Of a stretch of 64,000 bases of DNA, positions 26,935 to 43,460 are shown piece after piece. Both the position numbers and the translations under genes were made by a program. Location: assembly GCF_009914755.1 (NCBI RefSeq), contig NC_060930.1; one strand, written 5' to 3'. This DNA is from the human T2T-CHM13v2.0 reference genome, Homo sapiens. The number at the start of each line of letters is the position of its first letter. Positions within the stretch are counted from its first letter, which is position 1. The notes under the pieces are model-generated. The model saw nothing but the letters and a program-made list of their open reading frames with translations. It searched no databases and had not been told where the DNA came from.

Positions 26935-27050
26935 ATTTTCTTTTCTAAAATAATTTCAACTTTTGTATTAGATTCAGGCAGTACCTGTGGAGCTTTGTTA
27001 CATGAGTATATTGTGTGAAGGGTGAGAATGTAAATTAGTTCAGATACTGT
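26935..27050 (-). mobile_element. Very short L1PB/L1PA-like 3' end with an adjacent inverted L1 piece
   Basis: tttcaacttttgtattagattcagg...ttgttacatgagtatattgtgtga followed by sense-oriented ggtgagaatgtaaattagttcag. Confidence 0.6.
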
Positions 27051-27069
27051 AAATTATTTTTCATTATTG

Positions 27070-28521
27070 AATACTTTATCTTTTTACAGCAGTTTTGGGT
27101 TCATGGCAAAATTAAGAGGAAGTTAAAGAGATTTCACATATGCACCTTACCCCTATACATGTGAATCCTCCTCCATCATCAACATTCTCCACCATAGTAG
27201 TACATTCATTATAATTGATGATCTTACATTGACACATCATAATCACCCAAAGTGTAATTTACATTAGGGTTTGCTCTTGGTGTTGTACATTCTATATGTC
27301 TAGAAACATGTGTAATGACATGTATTTATATAGTACCATACAGAGAATTTTCACTCCCTAAAAATCTTCTGTGCTTCACCTATTCATCCCCTCTCTCTCT
27401 TAATGCTTGGAAACCACTAATCTTTTGCAGTATGCTATAAGTGATATTTGTGACTATAAGGCTAATGATGGCCATAAGGCCCACTCAAACATCTCGCAGA
27501 ACCTATGCTATGTGACACTTAGCAATATGATATAACATGGGCTGGAGACTTTTAATCCTGGCCGAGGGATTACTAAGTATTTATAATGACAGCACTTAAA
27601 AACACTGGTTGTCCTAGAGACAAGGACACCTCAGCACAGATGCAACTTTCGTAAACCTTAAAACAAATCTTACTCTTATAAGAATAGCTTAAACTCCCTT
27701 TATGAAGCAAACACCTGTTAACAGACCTGGAGTGTATGTAAGTATAAGAAAGGGGGAACAATTCCCTAACCTCTGAGAATCGTCTCCAGATGGAGACCCT
27801 CCCAGTCAGGCACTCTTCTAACACCTGAGTGGATATGGCCCAGCCTATGATCCAGCTCTCACTGTCCATCTTGTAAGAGTACTCCCAGAATAAACATCAG
27901 ATTCATCTTTAGTGTGAATTGGACCAAAGGGAACATATCATCCCTGGGAGAGTTGGTTAACAGGGGCCACCCAAGACCCCTAAACATGACATCTTTTTGC
28001 TGTCACCATAGTTTTGCCTCTTTAAGAATGTAATGTTGTTGAAGTCATACAGCATGTAGCTTTTTTCAGTTTATCTTCTTTCACTTGGTAATACTTATTT
28101 AATGTTTCTCCATGTTTCATGGCTTAAAAGCTCATTTCCTTTTAGAACTGAATAACATTCCCTTGTCTAGCTATGCTACAGTTTATTAACCCAATCACCT
28201 ATTGAAGGACATCTTGGTTGCTTTCAAGTTTGAGAAAATATAAATAAAGTTGCTACAAATATCCATGTACAGGATTTTCTGTGGACATAATTTGTATTGC
28301 TAGGTTTTATGGTACGGTATGTTTAGTATTATAATAAACCATGAAATTGTCTTCAAAATCCACTCTACAATTTTGCATTCCTACTGGCAATTAATGAGAG
28401 TTCTTGCTATTCCATATTCTTGTCAGTACTTGGTGTTGTCAGTGTTTTAGATTTTGGCCATTCTAGTAGGTGTGTAGTGGTATCTCATGGTTGTTTCGAT
28501 CTGCATTTCCCTGACGACATA
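27070..28521 (-). mobile_element. L1MC/L1MD-like 3' end, interrupted by an LTR
   Basis: gcagttttgggttcatggcaaaatt...cattgacacatcataatcacccaaagt...; resumes at 27992 with tctttttgctgtcaccatagttttgcc. Confidence 0.85.
27426..27991 (+). mobile_element. 566-bp solo LTR, ERVL-class by TSD length (family not identified)
   Basis: TG...CA termini, perfect 5-bp TSD TCTTT (27421-27425 and 27992-27996), AATAAA at 27889; host L1 continues across the insertion. Confidence 0.85.
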
Positions 28522-28957
28522 TGTACTAGTCAGGGTTCTCTAGAGAGATAGAACTAATGGAATAGGTATATATATATAAAGGGGAGTTTATTAAGTATTA
28601 ACTCACATGATCACAAGATCCCAAAATAGTCCATCTGCAGGCTGAGGAGCAAGGAGAGCCAGTCTGAGTTCCAAAACTGAAGAACCTGGAGTCTGATATT
28701 TGAGGGCAGGAAGATCCGGCACAGGAGAAAGATGTAGGCTGGGTAGCTAGGCCAGTCTCTCTTTTCACATTTTTCTGCCTGCTTATATTCTAGCCATGCT
28801 GGCAGCTGATTAGATTGTGTCCACCCAGGTTAAGGGTGGGTCTGTCTTTCCCCACTACTGACTCAAATGTTAATCTCCTTTGGCAACACCTTCACAGACA
28901 CACCTAGGGTCAAATCCTTCAATCCAATCAAGTTGACACTCAGTATTAACTATCACA
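28522..28957 (-). mobile_element. MLT2A-type LTR (3' LTR of HERV-L)
   Basis: tgtactagtcagggttctctagag...caatccaatcaagttgacactcagtattaactatcaca, abutting a purine-rich PPT-like tract (minus strand caaggggtggact). Confidence 0.93.
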
Positions 28958-30966
28958 AGTCCACCCCTTGTCAACTTGAACCCACACATATCTCCTGAGA
29001 TCATACATAATCTTCAAATAAAGACAATAATGAGGTCATAATTACACCTAACATAATACAACTATGCTTCGTACAACCAGAAATGCACCAATCCCCAACC
29101 CAAATACTATTACATAAAGTTAACAATACTTAAATGCTGATGTGAAATCAATAAATCTTATGTAATGTGATAAAGGAGAAAGGAAATAAAATGAAGATAT
29201 TTCTTTAGTACAAGCATATACATGCACAAACATGTTTTTAACAAAAGAAGGAAGAAATACTCATGACAATTATAGTCCTTGTTTCTGCAGCTGGTCACGT
29301 GGCTGTAGCTGGTATAGATGACTACCTTCTTCTACTACACATTCTGTATTCCCTTTGCCTTCAGCAAGCATCTCAGCAGGTCATGGTTCTTTTCCTTGTT
29401 GAGTGACACAAACCTTCATTCCTGAAGGGTCTGGGTTATTTGTGGTCCTGCCTGAATTAGGCTGTTGTAGTTTTGCATTGACCTTAATCACAGGCCATGG
29501 TAATACTAAAAGACACCCTAATGGATCTCCTGTATTCTATGCATACTCTTTCTTACCACCATTTTGGAGTAGTAGACTGATTTCATCTTGATAGTCTGTG
29601 TCAATCATCCCAGCCAACACTGTAACACCATTCTTGGCCTGTTGACTTAAAGGCAGGAGGATGCCAAAGTGTCCAGATGACAATCTTAACTTCCAGTTTA
29701 ATGGAGTCATTGTTGTGTGTGCTTAGTTCCTCCCTCTGGAACTAGGACCTCTAGGCCAGCAGAATGTAATGTCATGAGAACAGGATGTAAAAATTTTGCT
29801 AGTGATGGTGATGGTGGCACCATTCACCATCACTACGGGAGATGCAATACTGTTTTTAATTTACAATTTTTCTAGGTAGAGGCAGCTCTAATGGCTTCCA
29901 TTTGGCCTTACCCACCATAATAGCCCTCACTGTACCAGTCAGGGAGCAAATGTTGGGGTTCTGCCAGCTGCTAAGTATGTCTATGCCAAGTATGCATTCT
30001 GGCACTGGGGAAATGACCACAGGATGAGTCCGGGGGCCCATTGTAAGTGAGACCTGAAGCAAAACTCCATTGAATACTTGACCTCCATAAGCCCTACTTT
30101 AACTGGAGGACCACAGTGACGTTTTGGGTCCCCTGGAATCAACATCAGGTCAGAGTTAGTGTCCAGTAGTCCCCAAAAGGTCTAATCATTTCCCTTTCCT
30201 CAATGCACAGTTACCTTGGTAAAAGGCCAGAAGTCTCCTTGGGGAAGGATGGCAGAAAGATTTACAGCATAACTTGTTGGTAATGTAGTGGGGTCCTTCC
30301 TCAAAAGGACCCAGTCTTCCCTTCATTCAAGGGGTTCTGGGTCTGTAAACGGTCTGGGAATTGATTGAGGGGTCATGATTCTTTGTTTCTGTGATTCAAA
30401 TTATTATTTTGTTCATTCGAACTAGAAGATTTCTGCTTATATAAATCAAGTAGGAATGCAGTAGGCATCCTATCAATTTCACTTCTAGGAACACCGTGAT
30501 TAATTAGCTAATGTCAGAGCTCTACACAAATCAGACTATTCTGATTGCCACTTTCTCTCTGCTGTCCATTACAGTAGCTACACCAGCCTTGCCTTTGACT
30601 GTTGAGTGCTGCCACTTGGCCCCTGCCACCTCAGGATCCGATTATTCTCACTGTACTTAAATTTAGTAGTTGAGTGACTGCAGTTCCCACTGTTAGCTTT
30701 GACACACAGAGAAGAGCAATTACAGGGCTCTTCAAAGATGCAGGCGCTGCCCTCACAAATCTATTTTGCAAGGCTTTGTTCAAGGGTATATCTTCTGGAC
30801 CCTCCCAGCTTAGATGAATAGGTCTAAAGTGACTTATCAACTCCACCATCCAATCTCCCTAAGCCTTTGAATACCTTTCTCAAATTAAACCAAGGGAGAT
30901 CAGGTGTTTCCAGCTTGCTCACAGTGGGCCATTTTTTATCCATATTTCAGCTAACCAAGCAAACCA
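28958..30966 (-). mobile_element. HERV-L internal sequence, deleted: partial gag, protease, first codons of RT, dUTPase
   Basis: ORF 30631..30849 (gag-like EGPEDIPLNKALQNRFVRAAPASLKS); protease GLLDTNSDLMLIPG near 30170; ORF 29856..30062 PVVISPVPECILGIDIL...WKPLELPLP; dUTPase downstream. Confidence 0.92.
29540..29800 (-). pseudogene. HERV-L dUTPase remnant
   Basis: Minus-strand translation ...PLNWKLRLSSGHFGILLPLSQQAKNGVTVLAGMIDTDYQDEISLLLQNGGKKEYA* matches dUTPase motif 3 (GxIDxDYxGEI); premature stop. Confidence 0.85.
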
Positions 30967-30984
30967 GCCTTACATACCTGGGTT

Positions 30985-34948
<3,964 letters not shown>

Positions 34949-34957
34949 AAAAAAAAG

Positions 34958-36120
<1,163 letters not shown>

Positions 36121-36419
36121 TCCCATGTTACAAGGTTTACATAAGAATCTTAAGAGAGAAATTTTCCTAACTCTGTTTCTACAAATGTCCAAGTATACGT
36201 TAATTAATTATTTATGATAAATAGGATTTTTGATCAAATGATTTGGAGAAATACTGAGTTAAAGAAAAATCAAACGATTTTTTTAACTTTAGTACTTCTT
36301 AGAACCTTTGTTGTAAATCTCCAAGATTACAATTTACTCTGCAGGATTTCCCCAAACTTTTTCAAATATTGAACACTTTTTAACCTAGAAAAACAATTGG
36401 GTGTGTTTACATACTCAAT

Positions 36420-36610
36420 ACCATTAATTCCTAAAGTTCAGCTCCCAGAGCAGCTACTTCAACATCAACATCTGGGGACTTGTCAGAAATGCAGATTCTT
36501 GGGCCTCACCCCACAGTACTGAATCAGAAACTCTGAGGGTGGGCCCAGAGTCTGTGTTTGAACCTGTCCATCAGGTGAATCTAATGCATGCTGAAATTTG
36601 AGAGGCATTG
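36420..36610. mobile_element. MER5A hAT MITE
   Basis: catcaacatctggggacttgtcagaaatgcagattcttgggcctcacccca...tactgaatcagaaactctg...aaatttgagaggcattg. Confidence 0.9.
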
Positions 36611-36644
36611 CTCTATTTCATGTGTGACTTGAGTAGTCCCTATT

Positions 36645-37018
36645 TAATATGGTTAGGCTTTCTGTCCCCACCTGAATCTCATCTTGAATTGTAATCCCCA
36701 GGCATTGAGGGAGGAACCTGGTGAGAGATTATTGGATCATGGGGGAGGTTTCCCCCATGCTGTTCTCGTGATAGTGAGTGAGTTCTCACGAGATCTGATG
36801 GTTTTATAAGTGTCTGGCAAGTTCCTCCTTTGTTTACGCTTCTCTTTCCTGCCACCATGCAAAGAAAAGGCCTTGCTTCGCCCTTCACCTTCTCTCGTGA
36901 TTGTAAGTTCTGAGGCCTCCCAGCTATGTGGAACTGTGAGTCAATTAAACCTCTTTCTTTTATAAATTACCCAGTCTCAGGTAGTATCTTTATGGCAATG
37001 TGAGAACAGACTGATACA
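36645..37018 (+). mobile_element. THE1 (THE1C/D-like) MaLR solo LTR
   Basis: atatggtt.ggct...aatctcatcttgaattgtaatcccca...gttctcacgagatctgatggttttataag...ataaattacccagtctcagg...gactgataca. Confidence 0.93.
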
Positions 37019-37757
37019 CTACCTATGCTTTCTTTTAGAACAGATATTTACTGAAAGAAATATTTTTAAAGAGTTAGTGAATTAACATTGGGAACTGTGT
37101 AACCACTGACACTGGAAACATGATTTCTCCCTGTGGAGTTGTAAATGCTTAGTTTAGAGTAATTAAAGAGACATGAACAATGTTTAATGGCTCTCAAACA
37201 TTTTACTAAAGACATTGACTCCAAAATCAAAGGTGTTTAATTGATAGGAAAAATATAGATATTTTTCCACTCTCCAGTCTGTCAGTCTTATAATTTACAG
37301 CATAAGATATTTCTTTTCAAATGAACATTAAGGAAGTAAATGTGCTAAACGTTAACATCTGTTCTGAAGTAATTCATCAGCGTTGCCATACGCAGATGAG
37401 GTGAAACTTTCTTAAATGCCCGTTTAAGTCACTTAAGTTTGCATGTGTTAGTAATGTATGTTAAGTACTTGACAACTTGTGTTGTTTGCAGGGAAATTCT
37501 AAAATCCCACTGAATATGGTAGTGTATCACAGCTTTGTAATTATAAATAAAAATATTTATGCAATACCAAAAGGTTTACTGCATAAGCATATGCATAAGT
37601 GTGCGTGTATGTGTGTCAGGGGATGGGGGCAGGTATTATTTCTTATCTGTATTGCACGGAAAGAGGCAATAACAAAGTTTGGGTTGACCGACTATAGCTT
37701 ATCTAGATGGGCCAATGACCGGATAGGCTATTTGCTAGCACTGAAATAAATATTCAT

Positions 37758-38054
37758 GGGATGCATGTGCAGAATGTGCAGGTTTGCTACGTAGGTATAC
37801 GTGTGCCATGGTGGTTTGCTGCACCTATTGACCCATCCTCTAAGTTCCCTCCTCTCACCCCCCCAACACCCAACAGGTCCTGTTGTGTGTTGTTCCTCTC
37901 TGTGTCCATGCGTTCTCAGTGTTCAACTCCCCCTTATGAGTGAGAAGATGCAGTGGTTGGTTTTCTGCTCCTGTGTTAGTTTGCTGAGGATGATGGTTTC
38001 CAGCTTCATCCATGTCCCTGCAAAGGACACGATCTCATTCCTTTTTATGGCTGC
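37758..38054 (-). mobile_element. L1PA (PA7/8-like) 3'UTR fragment without a poly(A) tail
   Basis: catgtgcagaatgtgcaggtttg...gtgccatggtggtttgctgcacc...ccagcttcatccatgtccctgcaaaggac. Confidence 0.92.
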
Positions 38055-38611
38055 TAACACTTAAATATTTTTGTCAAGGAAATACCCATTATAGTTACCT
38101 ATTGTGCCATTTAGGAAGTGATAATTCTGTTGCAGTCAGTGAGATCATATAGGTCTCACTGTTCATAATTAAGGTTCATAATTAAGGATTTAAGCCCAGA
38201 GCTAAATAAACCAAGACCAGTTCTCCATGAATAGATTACTTATTTAACCAGCGGTTTTGGTGTGCCTGCTGTTTTACCTATATTGAAAGCTTAATGCATT
38301 TTGGTGTGGAAGAGGGTCTGATATAAGACACAGTAGTCTTATATTTCTACTAGTCTTTTACCAAAATTATTTCCCCCATAATTCAGCCAGGTTATTTCAG
38401 CTCAAACAATGGGCCTATGGAGCCAAGTAGCACATAAGTAAAGGAACTTAAAAAAATTCCGTCAGTGTCAAAAGGCAGGAAATTCTCTTTTATATTAATT
38501 ACTTACGTTTTAATATGGAAAGCTTACACAAAGTGAGCTAAACTATTAGTAGCCATTCACTCATGGGCTGCTTATTGCTATTAACTTTTCTCAATAAAAA
38601 TTATTAGAGAA

Positions 38612-38926
<315 letters not shown>

Positions 38927-39275
38927 CTAAGTTTCACTTTTCATTTTCAGACTAGCCATGTACAAAAATAATAATTTTTTATTTTACTAATTTGTTTATC
39001 CTCAAAATAACTGGGCTTATACACACGGTCAGTTGAAAAATGTGATAAAGCATTTTTAAGGCCTCATAAATGTCCAGCATTTAGTGGGACCGATGCTTAG
39101 TGCATCTTCTCAAACATCAGTATGTACCGCTCTAGGGAAACGTGAGGATCTGAGACTACTAACTACTTTAGTAAAACTGGGAAAAAAATCAACTCATTAT
39201 TTCATATGCATGATTAATTTATTTGCTTTACCCATAAGATCTCTGGATAGCAAGATTGAAAGAGAAAATCAAAAG

Positions 39276-39276
<1 letters not shown>

Positions 39277-39320
<44 letters not shown>
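39277..39320. repeat. (TG)22 microsatellite
   Basis: 44 bp of uninterrupted TG. Confidence 0.98.
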
Positions 39321-39324
<4 letters not shown>

Positions 39325-39435
39325 CATTTGATCTTCTGCCATCTCATGGGATTTGTCTTAGTTCTCATGTCAGAGCTCTTTATCTAGGGAATTGGGTAGG
39401 GTAGAAATAGATGATAGTTAAAGACTTCTTGAGCT

Positions 39436-39459
39436 AAAAAAAAAAAAAAAAAAAAAAAA
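39436..39459. repeat. A24 mononucleotide run
   Basis: Uninterrupted poly(A) with no attached Alu or L1 body visible. Confidence 0.95.
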
Positions 39460-39799
39460 CTCTAATGGGCTGAAAGTAGAATTTTCAAACAACTAGAAAT
39501 TATCCTTACCTAGTCTGTGGTGGTATGAAGAAATCTTTAGCTGAGAGAAGAAAAAGCAGATCAATCCAAGAACGTTGAGATTCCTCAGGGTATTGGTCTT
39601 GGGATGTTCTCTGTGCATGGTGGAGACAAAGCCCTCATCAGCAAATAATGCTGCATATTGAAGCATGCTGTGGTACAGACTGTACACTACACTTTTCAAA
39701 CTAAAAAACAGATTAAAAGGTTACTGTGGGAAAGTTTGTGGGTAGTAGAGTATGATTGGCATCTTTGGTAATCATTAGTGCTATATGCCAAATGCAGTT

Positions 39800-40113
39800 G
39801 GTTTTCTTCCTGAGTACAGGGTAGGATTTTATTTTGCTCCCTTTCTTGTGCCCGCATGACTTGGTTTGGGCAACGTATAATATGAAAGGAAGTGCATGTC
39901 ACTTTCTCATGGAAGCTTTCAGATTTGGTGAGAGACTCAATATGCTTTTTGTTTCCCTCTGCTGTGGTGCCTGGAAACATTCCAGCAGCCTGGGTCCTAC
40001 AGTGTTCACCATGCAGATCAAAGCCCTCCAATTGGCCTGAAATGAACATGTAGAATGAGGAAAAAAAAAAGAGTTTCTGGGGTTTGTTGCTACCACAGCA
40101 TAATCTGACTAAT
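39800..40113 (+). mobile_element. Old MaLR LTR (MLT1I/J-like)
   Basis: ggaagtgcatgtcactttc..atggaagcttt...cagcctgggtcc...tgaacatgtagaatgag...ttgttgctaccacagcataa.ctgactaata. Confidence 0.6.
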
Positions 40114-40157
40114 AAAAATCCTTGGGTAGTGCCCTCAACAGCATTTGAAGACGAGCT

Positions 40158-41580
40158 CTTTTTAAAAATTGATACATAATTTTATACATACTTATGGGGG
40201 ATATATGATATTCTGTTATGTGCATAGAATATGTGATTGTCAGGTAAGGGTATTTGGGATATCCATCACCTCAAGTATTTATTATTTCTTTGTGTCGGAA
40301 ACATTTTAATTCCTCACTTCTAGCTATTTTGAAATACACAATACATTGTTGTTAACTATAGTCGCCATACTCTGTTATCAAATATTAGAACTTATTCATT
40401 CTAACTGTATGTTTATACCCATTAACCAACCTCTCTTCACCCCCCCTACCCCCACCCGCATACACTTCTCAGAATTTGGTATCTATTATTTTACTTTCTG
40501 TCTTCATGAGATGAACTTCGTTATCTTTTGAGTGAGAACATGTGATATTTGTCTTTCTGTGTCTGGCTTATTTTCACTTAACATAATGACCTCCACTTCC
40601 ATCCATGTTGCTACAAATTACATGATTTTATCCTTGTTTATGGCCAAATAGTAGTCCTTTGTATAAATTAATAGACCACATTTTTAAATCCAATTGTCCA
40701 TTAATGGACACTAGGTTGATTCCATATCTTAGCTATTGTGAATAATGTTGCAATAAACATGTGAGTGCAGGTATCTTTTTGATATACTAATTTATTTTCC
40801 TTTGGATTAATACCAGTAGTGGAGTTGCTGGATCATGTGGTAGTTCTATTTTTATTTTTTTTGAGAAATCGCCGTACTGTTTTCCATACCGGCTGTATTA
40901 ATTTACAAACCCACTGATACCTTATGAGTTCTCTAAATCCTTGCCAGTATTTGCTAAATTTTTTGATTTTCAAAAATAGCCATTCTAACTGGACTATTAC
41001 TAAAATATTTCATTATGGTTTCAATTTGTATTTCTCTGATTAGTGATTTTGAGCATTATTTTTCCCATACCTGTTGGCCATTTGTATGTCTTTTGAGATG
41101 TGACTATACAGATCATTTGTTCATTTTTAAATGGGATTATTTGTTTTTTTGCTGTTTGATTTCCTCGTATATTCTGGATATTAGTCCCCTGTCAAGTGAA
41201 TAGTTTGCAAATATTTTCTCTCATTGAGCAGGTTGTCTCCTCATTCTGTTGATTGTTTCCTTTGCTGAGCAGCAGCTTTTCAGTTTAATATGTCCAATTT
41301 GTCTATTTTTGTTTTTCTTCCCTGTGCTTTTGAGGTCTAATCTGTGAAATCTTTGCCTAGACCAATGTCCTGAAGTGTTTCCTCCATATTTTCTTCTAGT
41401 AGTTTTACAGTTTTACAGGTCTTACATTTAAGTCTTTAATTCATGCTGAGTTGATTTTGTATATGGTGAGAGATGGGGTCCAGTTTCGTTCTTTTCCATG
41501 TGGGTATCCAGTTTTCCCAGCACCATGTAAGAGAGTGTCCTTTCCCCGGTGTATGTTCTTGGAAACTTTATGAAGATCAT
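40158..41580 (-). mobile_element. L1MA (MA3/4-like) 3' fragment
   Basis: atatccatcacctcaagtatttattatttctttgtg...ctagctattttgaaata...; ORF2 C-terminal antisense up to ccagttttcccagcacca. Confidence 0.9.
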
Positions 41581-41879
41581 CTCTTGTTGTGTATTTGGTA
41601 GCAGAAGAATTCAAGGAAATGATGGCTTACCTATAGATTAAGAGTATGGTTCTTCTTTTAGAATTTTTTGTGACATATGGAACCCTGCAGAGAGAGGGAG
41701 CCCTAATGGTACCCGAAGTTGAAATTCTTACATTGGGAAAGGCTTTGATGTAATTTCAGTATAAAATATATTTTAGGTTTGTGCACTAAGAATACCACCT
41801 GTTACATATACTTTGTGTCTGGAAATCTCTGCAGCCCAGTGTACTAGACATGCTCCATCAACTGACTTGTTCACTTTAA

Positions 41880-42193
41880 CTTTTTTTTAATTTATTTTAA
41901 TTTTTCTTTATTTTTTGAGACATAGTCTCACTCTGTCGCCCAGGCTGGAGTGCCGTGGCATGATCTTGGCTCACTGCAACCTCCGCCTCCCAGCTTCAAG
42001 CAATTCTCTCCCTCACCCTCCTGAGTAGATGGGATCACAGGTGTGCGCCACCACACCCGGCTAATTTTTGTATTTTTAGTAGAGATGGGGTTTCACCATC
42101 TTGGCCAAGCTGATCTTGAACTCTTGACCTCATGATCCACCCACCTCAGCCTCCCAAAGTGCTGAGATTACAGGTATGAGCCACTACTTTGGC
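41880..42193 (-). mobile_element. AluS-like SINE
   Basis: gtctcactctgtcgcccaggctggagtg...gcaacctccgcctccc...ttcaccatcttggcca...cctcccaaagtgctg. Confidence 0.95.
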
Positions 42194-42379
42194 TTCTAAG
42201 ATGAAAACTTCAGCTCATACTCCATGCCCTCCTCCTCAGAAGAGCTATTGTATTGATTGTATAAGTAAATATAACACTAGAAATAAGATCACTAAATTAT
42301 TGAATGTGTAAAATGTGCCAAACAATATGTTAAGCAGTTTACATGGATTTTCACGTATGTTCCTTTCAATAAATATGTG

Positions 42380-42515
42380 AGGGAGATACTAACCTCATTT
42401 ACCATTTCAGAAACTTGGAAATTGTAAATGTTTAAAACTAGCCCCAAGCCACACAGTTTGTAGGTGGCAGAGCCAGAATGACAGCCCAGGTCTTCTTGAT
42501 GCCAGTGCCATTGCT
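42380..42515 (-). mobile_element. MIR fragment
   Basis: gccccaagccacacagtttgtaggtggcagagccagaatgacagcccaggtc. Confidence 0.75.
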
Positions 42516-42599
42516 CTGTATAGCCCTCATTAATCACCTCTCACCTGGGTTACTGGAACAATTTTCTAACTTCTGTTTCTGCTTCTCTGATTTTCTTCT

Positions 42600-43460
42600 T
42601 TATCCCTCCAATTCTAGATAGAATGATTAATAAATACTACAAATACGACCTTGTAAGTTCTTTTACTAAAATTGTACTGGCTTCCAACTGCTTTTTACAT
42701 AAAATATAAACTCCTCATTGTGCCACATAAGGCCCTCAAGGACAAGGGCCCCGTCTCCTTCTCCACATAAATTTTCCACCACTTCTATCTTTCTATTTTA
42801 TGTTCTTCTAATAGGAGAGCACCTTTGCTCTATTAATGCTACTGATTGTCACCTTGCTTTATACAGTGTCTTCCACATGCACTGCTGGGGAAGATCTTTC
42901 AAGGGAAGACCTATATACCTTTACACCTAAATCCAACAAAAATTTAACAAGACAACATAGGTGTAACTGTTCCATGGAAACTTCTGCAATATTCCCATCT
43001 GGATTATAAGTTTCTGTTCTCCCATGGAACTTTATGCAGGGCCCTATCATTGTATACATAATTTTATGATTTAAGTATATGAGCCCTGAAATCAGAGAAA
43101 CTCATGAGTTTAAATATCAGCTCTGACACTCTTTAGTTAAATATACTTTCAACAGTTATTTAACCTCTCAAAACCTCGGTTTCATAGTTGGTAAAAATAA
43201 TGTAAGCATAGAGCTTCCTGTACAAATTTTTATTTTGTTATGTTTGTATTAAATAATGAGTTTAGTATAATGCCTTAGTATAGTCAGAGTTCAATAAAAT
43301 ATTTGTTGATATTTGTATTTCACTCACCACATTATAATATGATTACCTAAATATCTGTTTATGAACTCTTTAATGCCAGGAGGCATAATTTTTCTTCTTT
43401 ATAGACCAGTGTCTATTGTAGTAGACCCTAGCAAGCATTTGTTATTTGAATAAATATGCA
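42600..43460 (+). mobile_element. L2 3' region fragments interrupted by a MIR (~43075-43290)
   Basis: tggcttccaactgc...ataaaatataaactcctca...ataaggccct; L2-type end aataaaatatttgttga; MIR core ttatttaacctctc...cctcggtttc. Confidence 0.6.
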
